Source: Flavobacteriaceae bacterium (GTDB taxonomy: Bacteria > Bacteroidota > Bacteroidia > Flavobacteriales > Flavobacteriaceae). Taken from it: a stretch of DNA of 54,064 nucleotides. The stretch covers positions 1-54,064 of the forward strand of contig JAQWON010000011.1 in assembly GCA_029245825.1 (NCBI GenBank). The letters run 5' to 3'. Below are positions 37,073 through 47,113 of this stretch, one piece after another; the stretch's first letter is position 1, and every line of letters begins with the position of its first letter. A program made the position numbers and the translations under genes. The notes beneath the pieces were generated by a model that saw only the letters and a program-made list of their open reading frames with translations, did not search any database and was not told the DNA's origin.

Positions 37073-37869
37073 TTTTCAATAAAATTTAACGGCTTATATC
37101 CATCAGGAATACTGAATGGCAGGTTCAACTCTTTAGGGAAATCAACTCTAGTATATTCCAAAACTAGTTTTCTATAACCACTATCATATGGAACAACAAA
37201 TTCAATAAGCTTGGGAATATTTTTACCGTCAACTTTCTGAAAATAATTATACTTTATTGTCATATTCTGATTTAATGATCTCAAAAAAAATCTTTGCTCC
37301 ATGAGTAAAAAATTACTTGGATCAAAAAATAAAGTTTGTGTAAAGTCTTTAGCCTTACCGGATGAATTCAAAACATAGAACTTTGGATGTGAAATCCTTT
37401 TCCATTTATTTTCAGTTATATTTATAATTGGATAACCCAACAAAATGTTTTGTAAATCATTAAAGCCAAAATCAATATTAAAAAACTCTTTAATAAATGT
37501 TAACTCTCCCTCATAAAAAGTTCTTTGAAACTTCTCATAGAATGAAATCTTATCAGGAGTCATTAATAATTTACCAATTGGAATTAACATCGTTGCACTA
37601 ATCCAAATAGCTTTTTTATCAATCATTCTTAAGTTTAGAATAATCTGTTGTTTTCTCTTGCCATCGTCATATTCTGTTTTGATCCTAGAACGTATGTTTT
37701 TATAATTCAACTTTGCTTTTGAAATTTCACTGCCTAATTCTTTTATTTTGATATTTTTGATTGGAGTCTTACTAGGAAGGACACTAACTGATTTACATCC
37801 TGTAAGAATAAAGAATATCATTGTTAAGTATGTACAAATCCTTCTAACCCGATATATTTTCTTTATCAT
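37069..37869 (-). CDS. DUF4292 lipoprotein
   Basis: Lipobox LTGC; IWIS, LQNILLG, PFSIPDGYK. Confidence 0.82.
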   Translation of the reverse strand: MIKKIYRVRRICTYLTMIFFILTGCKSVSVLPSKTPIKNIKIKELGSEISKAKLNYKNIRSRIKTEYDDGKRKQQIILNLRMIDKKAIWISATMLIPIGKLLMTPDKISFYEKFQRTFYEGELTFIKEFFNIDFGFNDLQNILLGYPIINITENKWKRISHPKFYVLNSSGKAKDFTQTLFFDPSNFLLMEQRFFLRSLNQNMTIKYNYFQKVDGKNIPKLIEFVVPYDSGYRKLVLEYTRVDFPKELNLPFSIPDGYKPLNFIEK

Positions 37870-37888
37870 TTTAAAAAATATTTCCTAC

Positions 37889-38323
37889 TTACTTACCGGT
37901 ACTTCCAAACCCTTTTTCACCTCTATTACTTTTAGGTAAAGATTCTAGAACCTCCCATTTAATTTGCTCATGTTTGGAAATTACCATTTGGGCAATCCTG
38001 TCCCCTGAATTTACAACAAATCTCTCATTTGAAAGGTTTATTAATATAATGCCTATTTCTCCCCTATAATCAGAATCAATTGTCCCAGGAGAATTAAGGA
38101 CCGTTATTCCATATTTAATAGCTAAACCACTTCTTGGTCTGATTTGAGCCTCATGTCCTTGAGGTAAAGCAATAAATAGTCCAGTAGGAATTAACTTACG
38201 TTCCATTGGGTAAATAACAATTTTATCAGATAAATTGGCTCTTAAATCTAATCCCGCAGCTAAAGCAGATTGATAAGAGGGTAAATCAAAACTTGATTTA
38301 TTTACAACCGAAATTTTAACCAT
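37889..38323 (-). CDS. dut: dUTP diphosphatase
   Basis: [36 protein letters not shown]. Confidence 0.98.
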   Translation of the reverse strand: MVKISVVNKSSFDLPSYQSALAAGLDLRANLSDKIVIYPMERKLIPTGLFIALPQGHEAQIRPRSGLAIKYGITVLNSPGTIDSDYRGEIGIILINLSNERFVVNSGDRIAQMVISKHEQIKWEVLESLPKSNRGEKGFGSTGK

Positions 38324-38395
38324 ACAAACTTGACTTTTGTATTACCAAAAATACAAAAAGCTTACTTTTTAAAAATACATTTAGCTTTAGAAAAT

Positions 38396-39259
38396 TTAAT
38401 TGCTTAAAGCCTCTGCGCCTCCAACAATTTCAAGAATTTCGTTTGTTATTGATGCTTGTCTAGCTTTATTGTAAGTTAGCTTTAACTCATCTCTAAGTTC
38501 GGTAGCGTTGTCTGTTGCTTTATGCATTGCTGTCATCCTAGCTCCATGCTCACTCGCAAAAGAGTCTCTAAGAGATCTATAAAATTTAACCTTTAAAAAT
38601 TTAGGAATTAAACTTTTTAAAATTTCTGTTTCAGAGGGCTCAAAAAAAGTGTCGAAATTTTTAATTTCTGTTCCTCCTGAAATTTTTTCTACAGGCAAGA
38701 AATTATCAACAGTAACAACCTGAGTTGCGGCATTTTTAAAACGATTATAGACTAATATAATTTTACTATATTCTTTTTCTTTATATGATTGCATAATTAA
38801 ATCGGCTATAGGGTCTGCATTTTCAAAATTAAGATCATCAAAAATATCATCATGCCTCCCCTTCAAGGCAATAGATTTAGAGAGTATATCGCCCCCCTTT
38901 TTGCCAATAGAAAGAACCTCAATAGCATTATCCTTATAATCTATTTTATTCAATCGGAGAGTCTCTTTTATAATATTTGAATTAAAAGCCCCGCAGAGTC
39001 CTCTATTGGATGTAATTGGAACAATTAAGATTTTATTTGATTTGTTAGATTTAAAATATTCATTGTTTTCTATTCCGGCTGATCCACTAGAAAGAAGTCC
39101 TATAAGCTCTTCTAGCTTATTAGAATAAGGTTTAACAGCTATAATGGCATCTTGAGCCTTTTTCAACTTAGCTGCAGAAACCATTTTCATTGCACTTGTT
39201 ATCTGCATGGTTGAAGAGACTGATGAAATTCTATTTCTTATCTCTTTTAAATTAGCCAT
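38396..39259 (-). CDS. atpG: ATP synthase F1 gamma
   Basis: QITSAMKMVSAAKL, RGLCG, ARMTAM..AT.NA, RQASITNEILEIVGG. Confidence 0.98.
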   Translation of the reverse strand: MANLKEIRNRISSVSSTMQITSAMKMVSAAKLKKAQDAIIAVKPYSNKLEELIGLLSSGSAGIENNEYFKSNKSNKILIVPITSNRGLCGAFNSNIIKETLRLNKIDYKDNAIEVLSIGKKGGDILSKSIALKGRHDDIFDDLNFENADPIADLIMQSYKEKEYSKIILVYNRFKNAATQVVTVDNFLPVEKISGGTEIKNFDTFFEPSETEILKSLIPKFLKVKFYRSLRDSFASEHGARMTAMHKATDNATELRDELKLTYNKARQASITNEILEIVGGAEALSN

Positions 39260-39264
39260 AAAAT

Positions 39265-40842
39265 TTATTCAAAAAGTTTTGAAGTTTCTTTAGCAACCTT
39301 TTCCAATATAGAAATTACCTTGTCTGTTAAATTGCCTGATTTAAGATCCTTTAATACAGCTTTATACTTTTAAGATAAAGTTTCTAAATACATTGTCTCA
39401 AATTCTTTGACTTTGGATACAGGAACATTAGATATTAAATTATTAGTGCCGACATAAATAGATGCAATCTGATCTTCAATTTTGAAGGGATCATTAACAG
39501 ATTGTTTCAAAATTTCAACATTCCGTTTTCCTTTTTCAATAACATTCATTGTTGCTGCATCAAGATCAGAACCAAATTTTGCAAACGCTTCCAATTCTCT
39601 GTATTGCGCTTGGTCTAATTTTAAAGTACCTGAAACTTTTTTCATAGATTTTACTTGTGCAGATCCACCCACTCGAGAAACAGATATTCCAACATTAATA
39701 GCTGGGCGAACCCCTGAATTAAATAGATCAGATTCTAAAAATATTTGCCCATCAGTTATAGATATAACGTTTGTTGGTATATAAGCAGAGACGTCTCCTG
39801 CTTGGGTTTCAATAATAGGTAATGCAGTTAAGGAGCCTCCTCCCTTGACTTTATTTTTAAGCCCTTCTGGGAGATCATTCATGTCCTTAGCAATACTATC
39901 ATCGGCAATAACCTTTGCAGCTCTTTCCAAAAGTCGCGAATGAAGATAAAACACATCCCCAGGATATGCCTCTCTCCCTGGAGGCCTTCTTAAAAGAAGA
40001 GATACTTCTCTATAAGCAACAGCCTGCTTGGAAAGATAATCATATATTACTAGGGCAGGTCTTCCAGTGTCTCTAAAATACTCTCCTATTGATGCTCCAG
40101 CAAAAGGTGCGTAAACTTGCATTGACGCAGGATCAGATGCATTAGCAGCTACAATAGTGGTATATGACAAAGCTCCTTTGTCTTCTAAAACTTTTGCAAT
40201 AGCGGCAACAGTTGAAGATTTTTGCCCAATTGCAACATAAATACAATATACAGGTTCCCCAGAATCATAAAATTGCTTTTGATTTAATATTGTGTCAATG
40301 CAAACTGTGGTCTTTCCAGTCTGCCTATCCCCAATCACAAGTTCTCTTTGCCCCCTACCAATAGGTATCATAGCGTCAATAGCTTTTATTCCTGTTTCCA
40401 TAGGCTCAGCAACAGGTTCTCTGAAAATAACACCTGGTGCTTTTCTCTCAAGAGGCATTTCAACAACAGGTCCTTTTATTGGTCCTTTGCCATCTATAGG
40501 AGCTCCCAAAGTATCTACTACTCGTCCAATAATATTTTCCCCAACATTAATTGATCCAATTCTATTAGTTCTTTTAACTACATCTCCCTCCTTAATCGAT
40601 TTCGATGCCCCAAGTAATACTACACCGACATTATCTTCTTCTAAATTTAAAACCATTCCAGATAATCCGTTTTCAAAGGACACTAGTTCGCCATATTGGG
40701 CATTGGTCAATCCATAAATTCTTGCTATTCCGTCACCAACTGCAATGACATTTCCCACTTCATCTAAAGAAGCCGAATCATCAAAATCTGACAATTGTTT
40801 TTTTAATATAGCTGAAATCTCAGCTGGCTTTAGTTTTGACAT
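39265..40842 (-). CDS. atpA: ATP synthase F1 alpha, interrupted by an in-frame TAA at 39370-39372 (525 codons if read through)
   Basis: [18 protein letters not shown]. After ...YLETLS* the same frame continues [34 protein letters not shown] to 39265, 5 nt before atpG. Confidence 0.95.
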
Positions 40843-40858
40843 TTTATATTTTTGTTTT

Positions 40859-41395
40859 TTATGTTTTAACTAATTCTCTTTTCAAGACATTTAAACGATT
40901 GGATAAACTTGCATTGTATTGCAAATCACCAACTCTAATTATAAAACCCCCCAAAATTTTTGGATCAATAATCTTTCTTAGCTTAATTTTAAAGGAGGTC
41001 AATTGATCGGCTTTTTCTAAGATTTCCTTTTCAGATTTAGCTGATAATGGAGTAGCTGAAATAATGGTTGCTGGAACAATTCCTTTGTTTATATTGTATA
41101 GATCTATAAATTTGAGTGCAATCATTTTTAAAAAAACTTCTCTCTTTTTCTTAATTAATAAATCCAACAAATCATTTATTTCTTTTGAAAAACTTTTAAA
41201 TAAATTTCGCTTTATTTTGAGTTTTTTTTCTACACTTAAAATTGGATCTGAAAAAAATTTTTCCAAATTAGAATGCTCTTCTATTGCTATATATAATTGT
41301 TGCATTTCTTTAGCAAGTTTTTCTTCTTTTTTACATTCTAAGGAATATTGAAAAAAAGCTTTAGCGTATCTTAAAACAACTTTAGTCGATTTCAT
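40859..41395 (-). CDS. atpH: ATP synthase F1 delta
   Basis: [24 protein letters not shown]; operon position. Confidence 0.95.
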   Translation of the reverse strand: MKSTKVVLRYAKAFFQYSLECKKEEKLAKEMQQLYIAIEEHSNLEKFFSDPILSVEKKLKIKRNLFKSFSKEINDLLDLLIKKKREVFLKMIALKFIDLYNINKGIVPATIISATPLSAKSEKEILEKADQLTSFKIKLRKIIDPKILGGFIIRVGDLQYNASLSNRLNVLKRELVKT

Positions 41396-41396
41396 T

Positions 41397-41900
41397 TTAT
41401 TTCTTTATAGAAAGATCTTTCAATAATTCTTTTACCATCTCATCTTGTTTTGTCTTGTCTTCTAACTCTTTCTTAATGATTTTTTCAGCTATTTCTATTG
41501 AAAATTCAGCAACCTGATTCTTAATATCCTTGACAACAGATTTTTTCTCATTGTCAATTCTTTCCTGGACATTTTTCAAAATCTTTTCGGCTTCTAGCTT
41601 TGATTCCTTTTTAGCAGATTCAACTATTTTAAGCCCTTTATTTTTAGCATCTTTTAAAAGATTATCTCTTTCCATTTTAGCTTCTTGTAAAATCTTTTGA
41701 TTATCTTCTTTTAAAGATTGCATTTGTTTTTTTGCTTCCTCAGCAGATGAAAGTGCTTCCTTAATTGAATTTTCTCTTTCATTTACAGAATCTAGAATAG
41801 GTTTCCAAGCAAATTTTCTTAGCAAGAAAATAAGCCCTACAAAAATAAGAAGTTGCCAAAAAAATAATCCAAAAGAAAACTCACCAATTAATTTTTCCAT
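41397..41900 (-). CDS. atpF: ATP synthase F0 b
   Basis: GLFFWQ...KFAWKPI...ERE plus coiled coil. Confidence 0.96.
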   Translation of the reverse strand: MEKLIGEFSFGLFFWQLLIFVGLIFLLRKFAWKPILDSVNERENSIKEALSSAEEAKKQMQSLKEDNQKILQEAKMERDNLLKDAKNKGLKIVESAKKESKLEAEKILKNVQERIDNEKKSVVKDIKNQVAEFSIEIAEKIIKKELEDKTKQDEMVKELLKDLSIKK

Positions 41901-41929
41901 TTTTTTATAAAATCTGTAAAATAATTACT

Positions 41930-42121
41930 TTAAAGCACGAACATCGCCGCAAAACCAATACCCTCTACAAGAGCAGCAATAATTAACATAGCTGTTTGTA
42001 TCTTGCCGTAAGCCTCTGGTTGTCTACCTATAGCCTCCATAGCTCCTCTACCAATACCTCCTAGTCCGATACCTACACCTATTACTATTAAACCTCCTCC
42101 TACAATTGCTGGAATTTCCAT
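41930..42121 (-). CDS. atpE: ATP synthase F0 c
   Basis: GxGxGxG helix, RQPE loop, ALVEG carboxylate. Confidence 0.97.
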   Translation of the reverse strand: MEIPAIVGGGLIVIGVGIGLGGIGRGAMEAIGRQPEAYGKIQTAMLIIAALVEGIGFAAMFVL

Positions 42122-42164
42122 ATTTACTATTTATTTAAATTAAACATTCCTTTTATACTTGATC

Positions 42165-43244
42165 CTAATGATCATGTTCTTCTTCGACAGCAAAACCAAA
42201 ATATAATGCTGATAATATTGTAAAAATATATGCTTGCAAAAGTGCAACTAATATTTCAATTATAGAAATAAAAAATGCTAATGCAAATGACAAACTTGAT
42301 CCTAACCAATTTCTAAAAACAAAAATCATAGAAATTAATGTCATCATTGTAATATGTCCTGCCGTAATATTAGCATATAACCTAATCATCAAAGTAAAGG
42401 GCTTGATAAAAACTCCTAGTAGTTCTATTGGAGCCATTATTAATTTCATATAAATCGGCATCCCAGGCATCCAAAAAATATGTTTCCAATAATAAGTTGT
42501 ACCGCTAACTGTAGTTATGATAAAAGTTAATAATGCCAAGCAAAATGTGACTGCTATATTACCAGTGACATTTATTCCCAAAGGAGAAAGTCCGATCATA
42601 TTGCAAAACCAAATAAAAAAGAAAAGAGTTAATAGAAAGCTCATATACTTCCTATAATTTTTTTCTCCAATATTCGGTATTGCTATTTCATCTCTAATAT
42701 ATATAACTATTGGCTCAAAAAATCTTCCAACGCCTTTTGCAACTAAACCATTTCTTGAATAAGATCTAGCTAAGTTTTTAAAAAGTATAAACATTAATAA
42801 AGAAACAAGAATCATACTAACAACACTTTTTGTAATGGAAAAATCTAGCGGGACAACGTTTGTTGGATGCCCCTCCTCATCATATTTTATAGTCCCTTTC
42901 GAATCAGTTAAATAAATCTTCCCATGATACAATTTGTAAAATTTGTCTTCTATTTCAGCTATAGATTCCCCGTGATTAAGTTTGGATGAGGAAAATATTT
43001 TAATACCATCATCCCAAAGAATAACAGGTAAAGGTATGCCTACATAAACTTTCCCTCCAGTTTCTTCATCGGTATATGACAATAAACTAAAATCATGAGA
43101 ATCTTTAACATGATGTAAAATATAGTCTGTTAATTCTTCCTTTAAATTTTTAGATTTTGAATCACCATCCTTAGCAAATAAAGCAAAGGAATTAGTTAAT
43201 ATAACTATAAGGCTGAAAAGAAATATTCCCTTTGTTTTTATGAT
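42165..43244 (-). CDS. atpB: ATP synthase F0 a (full-length frame begins at ATC/ATA, no canonical start)
   Basis: LMIRLYANITAGH, LLQAYIF. The frame is open upstream of TTG 43082 through YILHHVKDSH and a signal-like segment to ATC 43244, which is preceded by TAA. Confidence 0.93.
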   Translation of the reverse strand: MIKTKGIFLFSLIVILTNSFALFAKDGDSKSKNLKEELTDYILHHVKDSHDFSLLSYTDEETGGKVYVGIPLPVILWDDGIKIFSSSKLNHGESIAEIEDKFYKLYHGKIYLTDSKGTIKYDEEGHPTNVVPLDFSITKSVVSMILVSLLMFILFKNLARSYSRNGLVAKGVGRFFEPIVIYIRDEIAIPNIGEKNYRKYMSFLLTLFFFIWFCNMIGLSPLGINVTGNIAVTFCLALLTFIITTVSGTTYYWKHIFWMPGMPIYMKLIMAPIELLGVFIKPFTLMIRLYANITAGHITMMTLISMIFVFRNWLGSSLSFALAFFISIIEILVALLQAYIFTILSALYFGFAVEEEHDH

Positions 43245-43269
43245 TTAAAATTTAATAGTTTGTCGCGTG

Positions 43270-43277
43270 CAAATTTA
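43270..43277 (-). promoter_or_regulatory. -7 promoter element upstream of atpB
   Basis: TAAATTTG(CAC) on the minus strand, 25 nt before the inferred atpB start. Confidence 0.6.
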
Positions 43278-43322
43278 ATTTTTTTTCAACAAAAAATTCT
43301 CAATCAGATACATTTTTCTTTA

Positions 43323-43700
43323 TTAAAAATTTTTTAACAACTTCATAAAAGAATAAGTCTCAAAAATTAAAGAAACTGAATATGGGACAAAAAAGGAAAA
43401 GAATTCTATGTTTTTTATAATACCATCTGACGAGAAAGATGGATAAAAAAATAAGAAGAAAAGAAAAAATTTTATAAGACTCCCTAATAAAAAGAACCAT
43501 CCTACATAAATGCTTCTTTTATTAATATTATATAAAAGAAAATAATAAATAATATTTGTTATTAGGACATTGAAAAGATATGATTCAATTATTAAATGTC
43601 CCCATAAATTATTACCTGTGAATTTTAAAAATGAAAGATGTGTTAAAAAAGTGATCGTTAAAATAAAACTTAAAACAAGACAAAAGTTTTTTGCCCCCAT
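43323..43700 (-). CDS. Membrane protein of the atp operon leader (DUF6168/AtpI-like)
   Basis: 4 TM segments; GSLIKF, FFVPY..SL..E; position before atpB. Confidence 0.65.
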   Translation of the reverse strand: MGAKNFCLVLSFILTITFLTHLSFLKFTGNNLWGHLIIESYLFNVLITNIIYYFLLYNINKRSIYVGWFFLLGSLIKFFLFFLFFYPSFSSDGIIKNIEFFSFFVPYSVSLIFETYSFMKLLKNF

Positions 43701-43706
43701 ATTATA

Positions 43707-43907
43707 CTAAAAATTCTTTGTTTGTTTTTTTATCATAAAGATAACTGAAATAACTCCTAATACAGAACAGATAAGGGTAGGAATCTTTTTTTCTGTTTGA
43801 ATTTGATACTCTATCCACAAACCAATAGAAACCATCAGGTACATGACAATAGCAATTTGTATAAATAAACTAGAGAAAATTAGCCATTTATTAGGCCGTC
43901 TTTTCAT
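43707..43907 (-). CDS. AtpZ/AtpI family small membrane protein
   Basis: NKWLIFSSL.IQ, G.WI.; 2 TM segments; position. Confidence 0.7.
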   Translation of the reverse strand: MKRRPNKWLIFSSLFIQIAIVMYLMVSIGLWIEYQIQTEKKIPTLICSVLGVISVIFMIKKQTKNF

Positions 43908-44292
43908 GGCTTTTATTAATCTTTGGGAGAGTTTTTACATCGCCAAGTAATTCATCTTTTTTCATCCTACATTTTGCATTTAAGTTCGCTCCAGATTCTA
44001 CAATTAATTTCCCCATTGTAACTTCTCCCTCAACAATAGCTGAACTTCTAAGGTTAAAAGTACCAGAAACATTTATTTTCCCCTTTATTTTCCCCTCTAT
44101 ATCAGCGCTTTCACAATTGACTGAGCCGTCTATTAAACCCTCTTTGCCTACAACTATTTTTCCTTTAATTTTAATAGATCCTTCTAAAATACCATCAACT
44201 CTAAAGTCTCCAGAAGAAACAATTTCTCCCTTTAAATTAGTCGTGTTTTCTATTCGGCTATATTGCCCCGCGAAATCATTAGTCCTTGGCAT
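43891..44292 (-). CDS. Bactofilin (polymer-forming cytoskeletal protein)
   Basis: GDFRVDG, G-rich beta-helix repeats, LIVESGA. Confidence 0.9.
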   Translation of the reverse strand: MPRTNDFAGQYSRIENTTNLKGEIVSSGDFRVDGILEGSIKIKGKIVVGKEGLIDGSVNCESADIEGKIKGKINVSGTFNLRSSAIVEGEVTMGKLIVESGANLNAKCRMKKDELLGDVKTLPKINKSHEKTA

Positions 44293-46753
44293 AGTTCCAA
44301 GTTTTATTTTTTATTATCTCCCTGTATTGGGATGACAAAGCTACAAAATTATTTGTACTTACTTGATAACCATATTTTTCCGAAAGTTTTTCTTGAAATT
44401 CATTGAGTAAATCAATATTTAATATCCCATGAACAACTAAAAAATTATATTCTCTATTATATAAGTCCTTTGAAAAAAACCACTTTTCAGTGATTTCTTT
44501 TTCATCATGGAAAATCTTTTGAAGTTTTTTTTGTGAATCAATTAATTTTAAAGAATCCTCCATTCGGTAAGGTAAAATCCATTTATAGTTTTTGTATACT
44601 TTCCCTTTTTCAGCTAATTCAAGTTCTTTTAATTTTTTGATAATTTTTTTTGCCTGATTTGCTTCACTAGTTTCCGGATATTTTGTTTTAAATTTATTTA
44701 GCTCCTCACCCCATATCTTTATGCCATCTAATTTTCCCATCACATTTACTTTCAAAAGATTATATTTTGGTTCTATTTGTGATCCGCTAAATAAAATTTC
44801 ATTTTTTTCACTTAGTGCTAAAAATTTAATTAATTGTCCTTTTTTATATAATTCTAAAAGATCCTTATATATAGTCTGAGGGCCTTCGCCCTTAGCTGTT
44901 TTTAAAATATCTGGAGAGTTTAAAATCTTTTCAAAAGCAGTTCCTTTAAAATCATTTAATATTCTTTCCCTGTAAACACTTGATAAAGATGAATCAAGTT
45001 TTTGATTAATCTTAAATAAATGATAAAGAGTTGGTGCTTCAATATCTTTTGGGGGATTCTTTGATAGGAGTAAACTAAGTTTAGTGTTTGCTGCTTTTAA
45101 ATTTTTAAAGCTTTCTTTGTAGATCATGCCCAGTTGAAAATAACTGTTGAAATTTAAATTTTTAATACTATCAATCTCTCTTATTGAACTTGGCAACTTA
45201 TTTATATAATTATTAGGTGTTTCAATTTTTGCTTTATTATTCAACCCTTCAGATCCATCATTAAATGAAACAGTTGAATCGAAAGGCTTAGGGATTGACG
45301 AAACTCTCCAATTATCAACATTGGATCTATTCCCCCAAATTGATAAAAATTTTTGTTCTCCTTGTATTAATAGTGAAGGATTATAAAAATAAAATTTTTC
45401 AGGTGACTGATTTTTAGAAAAAAGCTTAAACCTTTTTTTTTCCTGAGAAATCATTGTTAATTCTTTAGCTTGTTTTTTTAAAATTTGATTTCTAAAAAAT
45501 TCTATTTGTTTTTCTCGACTTAAAGAGAGTATATATAAGACACTGTCAGTAGATTTGGCAGTTCTTTCATATTTAATTACGCTTTTTAAATTATCTTTCT
45601 CCCTAGCTGCAATCTTGCTTTCGTAAGTAAAGTCAGGTAAAATCCTTATGAGACTATCCAAATATTTTCCAGATAAAATATATTTCCCTCTATTAAAGTA
45701 AAAATCAGCTAAATCTCTGTAATTCCTTTCTTTTGTTGGATTCTCTATATTTTTTGAGTTTAGTGAAAGATTTAAAAAATAAACTGTTAGGGAGTCATTA
45801 TTAGTCTTAAAATAATAATCTCCTAAAGCTCTGTAAATCCAATGCTTGAAATTTTTGTTATCATAATCATTTGATAACTTAGTTAATCTATTTGCTGGGG
45901 AATGTCCGCGGGCTTCCCAATTTAGATTTAATTCTTTTATTTGGGCGTTAATTAAATACTTTCTTGGAGCTCTCCTATTTAATTTTATTAATTTTTCAAA
46001 AGTCAAAAGAGAAGAATCTGGCAAATTTAACTCTTCATACAACTGTCCTATTATAAAAAGGTATCTAGCTTTTTTAGGATTATTTTTTGTTGTTTTTAAT
46101 GATCTTTTTAAATAAAATAGTGCAGAATCTATTTTTTTTGTTTGAATAAATGCATTTGCAACTGAGGCATTGGCTTGTGAATAAAATTTACTCTTAGGAC
46201 TAAGATTTCTAGCTAAGGGGCTTAAATTTTTTATAGCAAGCTCAACATTCTTAAGTCTTATATTTGTTTTTTCTCTCCAAATTCTAGCTTCAACATAAGT
46301 TTTTTCATCGACATGATTTTCAAGTAAAAAATTAAACGCTTCTAAGGCAGGAAAAAACCGTCTGTCAAAATAACGTGATTTACCTAGAAGCAAATATGCC
46401 CTGTCTATCTCCTTATTCCTTTGACTTCCATCAATATTCATTGAGTGCTTTTGAATTGCCTTCACAGCTTTATCTTCTGCCTTTGCGAATCCAGGAATAA
46501 CTGTAGTCTCATTAACATTTTCTCCATTTATACTAATTGGCTCAATTGGTAATGTTTCATAAAAATTATCCTCAAAAGTTTTTGAAAGAATTTCCTTCCC
46601 AACAAAAAAGGCGTTTTCACCATTAAAAAGAACATTATATTTTGTGTTTATTGAATGGTATTGCCTATTTATATATTTATCTTTTTGGGTAGAACAGGAA
46701 AGAATAAATAAACAGATTAACTGTATTAAGATTTTTTTATCGAAGGCCAACAA
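44279..46753 (-). CDS. sprE: T9SS/gliding TPR lipoprotein SprE/PorW
   Basis: Lipobox ILSC; YH..NTKYNVLFNG, KAVKAIQKHSM, FYFYN, WGNR.NVDNWR; upstream of bactofilin and the atp operon. Confidence 0.8.
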   Translation of the reverse strand: MLAFDKKILIQLICLFILSCSTQKDKYINRQYHSINTKYNVLFNGENAFFVGKEILSKTFEDNFYETLPIEPISINGENVNETTVIPGFAKAEDKAVKAIQKHSMNIDGSQRNKEIDRAYLLLGKSRYFDRRFFPALEAFNFLLENHVDEKTYVEARIWREKTNIRLKNVELAIKNLSPLARNLSPKSKFYSQANASVANAFIQTKKIDSALFYLKRSLKTTKNNPKKARYLFIIGQLYEELNLPDSSLLTFEKLIKLNRRAPRKYLINAQIKELNLNWEARGHSPANRLTKLSNDYDNKNFKHWIYRALGDYYFKTNNDSLTVYFLNLSLNSKNIENPTKERNYRDLADFYFNRGKYILSGKYLDSLIRILPDFTYESKIAAREKDNLKSVIKYERTAKSTDSVLYILSLSREKQIEFFRNQILKKQAKELTMISQEKKRFKLFSKNQSPEKFYFYNPSLLIQGEQKFLSIWGNRSNVDNWRVSSIPKPFDSTVSFNDGSEGLNNKAKIETPNNYINKLPSSIREIDSIKNLNFNSYFQLGMIYKESFKNLKAANTKLSLLLSKNPPKDIEAPTLYHLFKINQKLDSSLSSVYRERILNDFKGTAFEKILNSPDILKTAKGEGPQTIYKDLLELYKKGQLIKFLALSEKNEILFSGSQIEPKYNLLKVNVMGKLDGIKIWGEELNKFKTKYPETSEANQAKKIIKKLKELELAEKGKVYKNYKWILPYRMEDSLKLIDSQKKLQKIFHDEKEITEKWFFSKDLYNREYNFLVVHGILNIDLLNEFQEKLSEKYGYQVSTNNFVALSSQYREIIKNKTWNYAKD

Positions 46754-46813
46754 AAGCTTTTTATTTTTAATAACTCAAAAAGCTATATTTTAGTATTCAA
46801 AATAAAAAAAACT

Positions 46814-47107
46814 ATGCCCCAAAGTAATTTAATTGACATAGAAATCATTTCTGATAATGAAAATTTTAAAATAATTGGCTCAGAAAAGAAAAGCGTTTTG
46901 GATGTTGCACTAGACAACAATATTGATGTGCCTTATTCATGTCAAGGTGGAATTTGCTCAACTTGTATAGCAAGGATAAAAAAGGGGACTGTAAAAATGG
47001 AAACTAATCAAATTTTAACTGATGAAGAAATTGATGATGGCTTAATACTAACTTGTCAAGCAATACCTACCAGTAATTCTATTATTATTGACTATGATGA
47101 TGTTTAG
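46814..47107 (+). CDS. Plant-type 2Fe-2S ferredoxin
   Basis: PYSCQGGICSTC...LTCQ. Confidence 0.92.
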   Translation: MPQSNLIDIEIISDNENFKIIGSEKKSVLDVALDNNIDVPYSCQGGICSTCIARIKKGTVKMETNQILTDEEIDDGLILTCQAIPTSNSIIIDYDDV

Positions 47108-47113
47108 TTTATA

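Noticed and set aside
39370..39372. Genome-wide TAA stop-codon reassignment as an explanation of the atpA stop
   Set aside because: TAA ends many genes here at their expected positions (susD, recA, trpS, atpG), and no other internal stop was seen.
41930..42121. Na+-translocating c subunit
   Set aside because: Lacks the Gln and ES/T Na+-ligand signature (has ALVEG); consistent with an ordinary H+ type.
42485..42505. atpB GTTYYW versus the recalled family pattern ..KDYW as another G>T lesion
   Set aside because: Variable loop; cannot be separated from normal divergence without an alignment.
38396..43907. atpD and atpC missing from the atp operon
   Set aside because: A split operon with beta and epsilon encoded elsewhere is normal in Bacteroidota.
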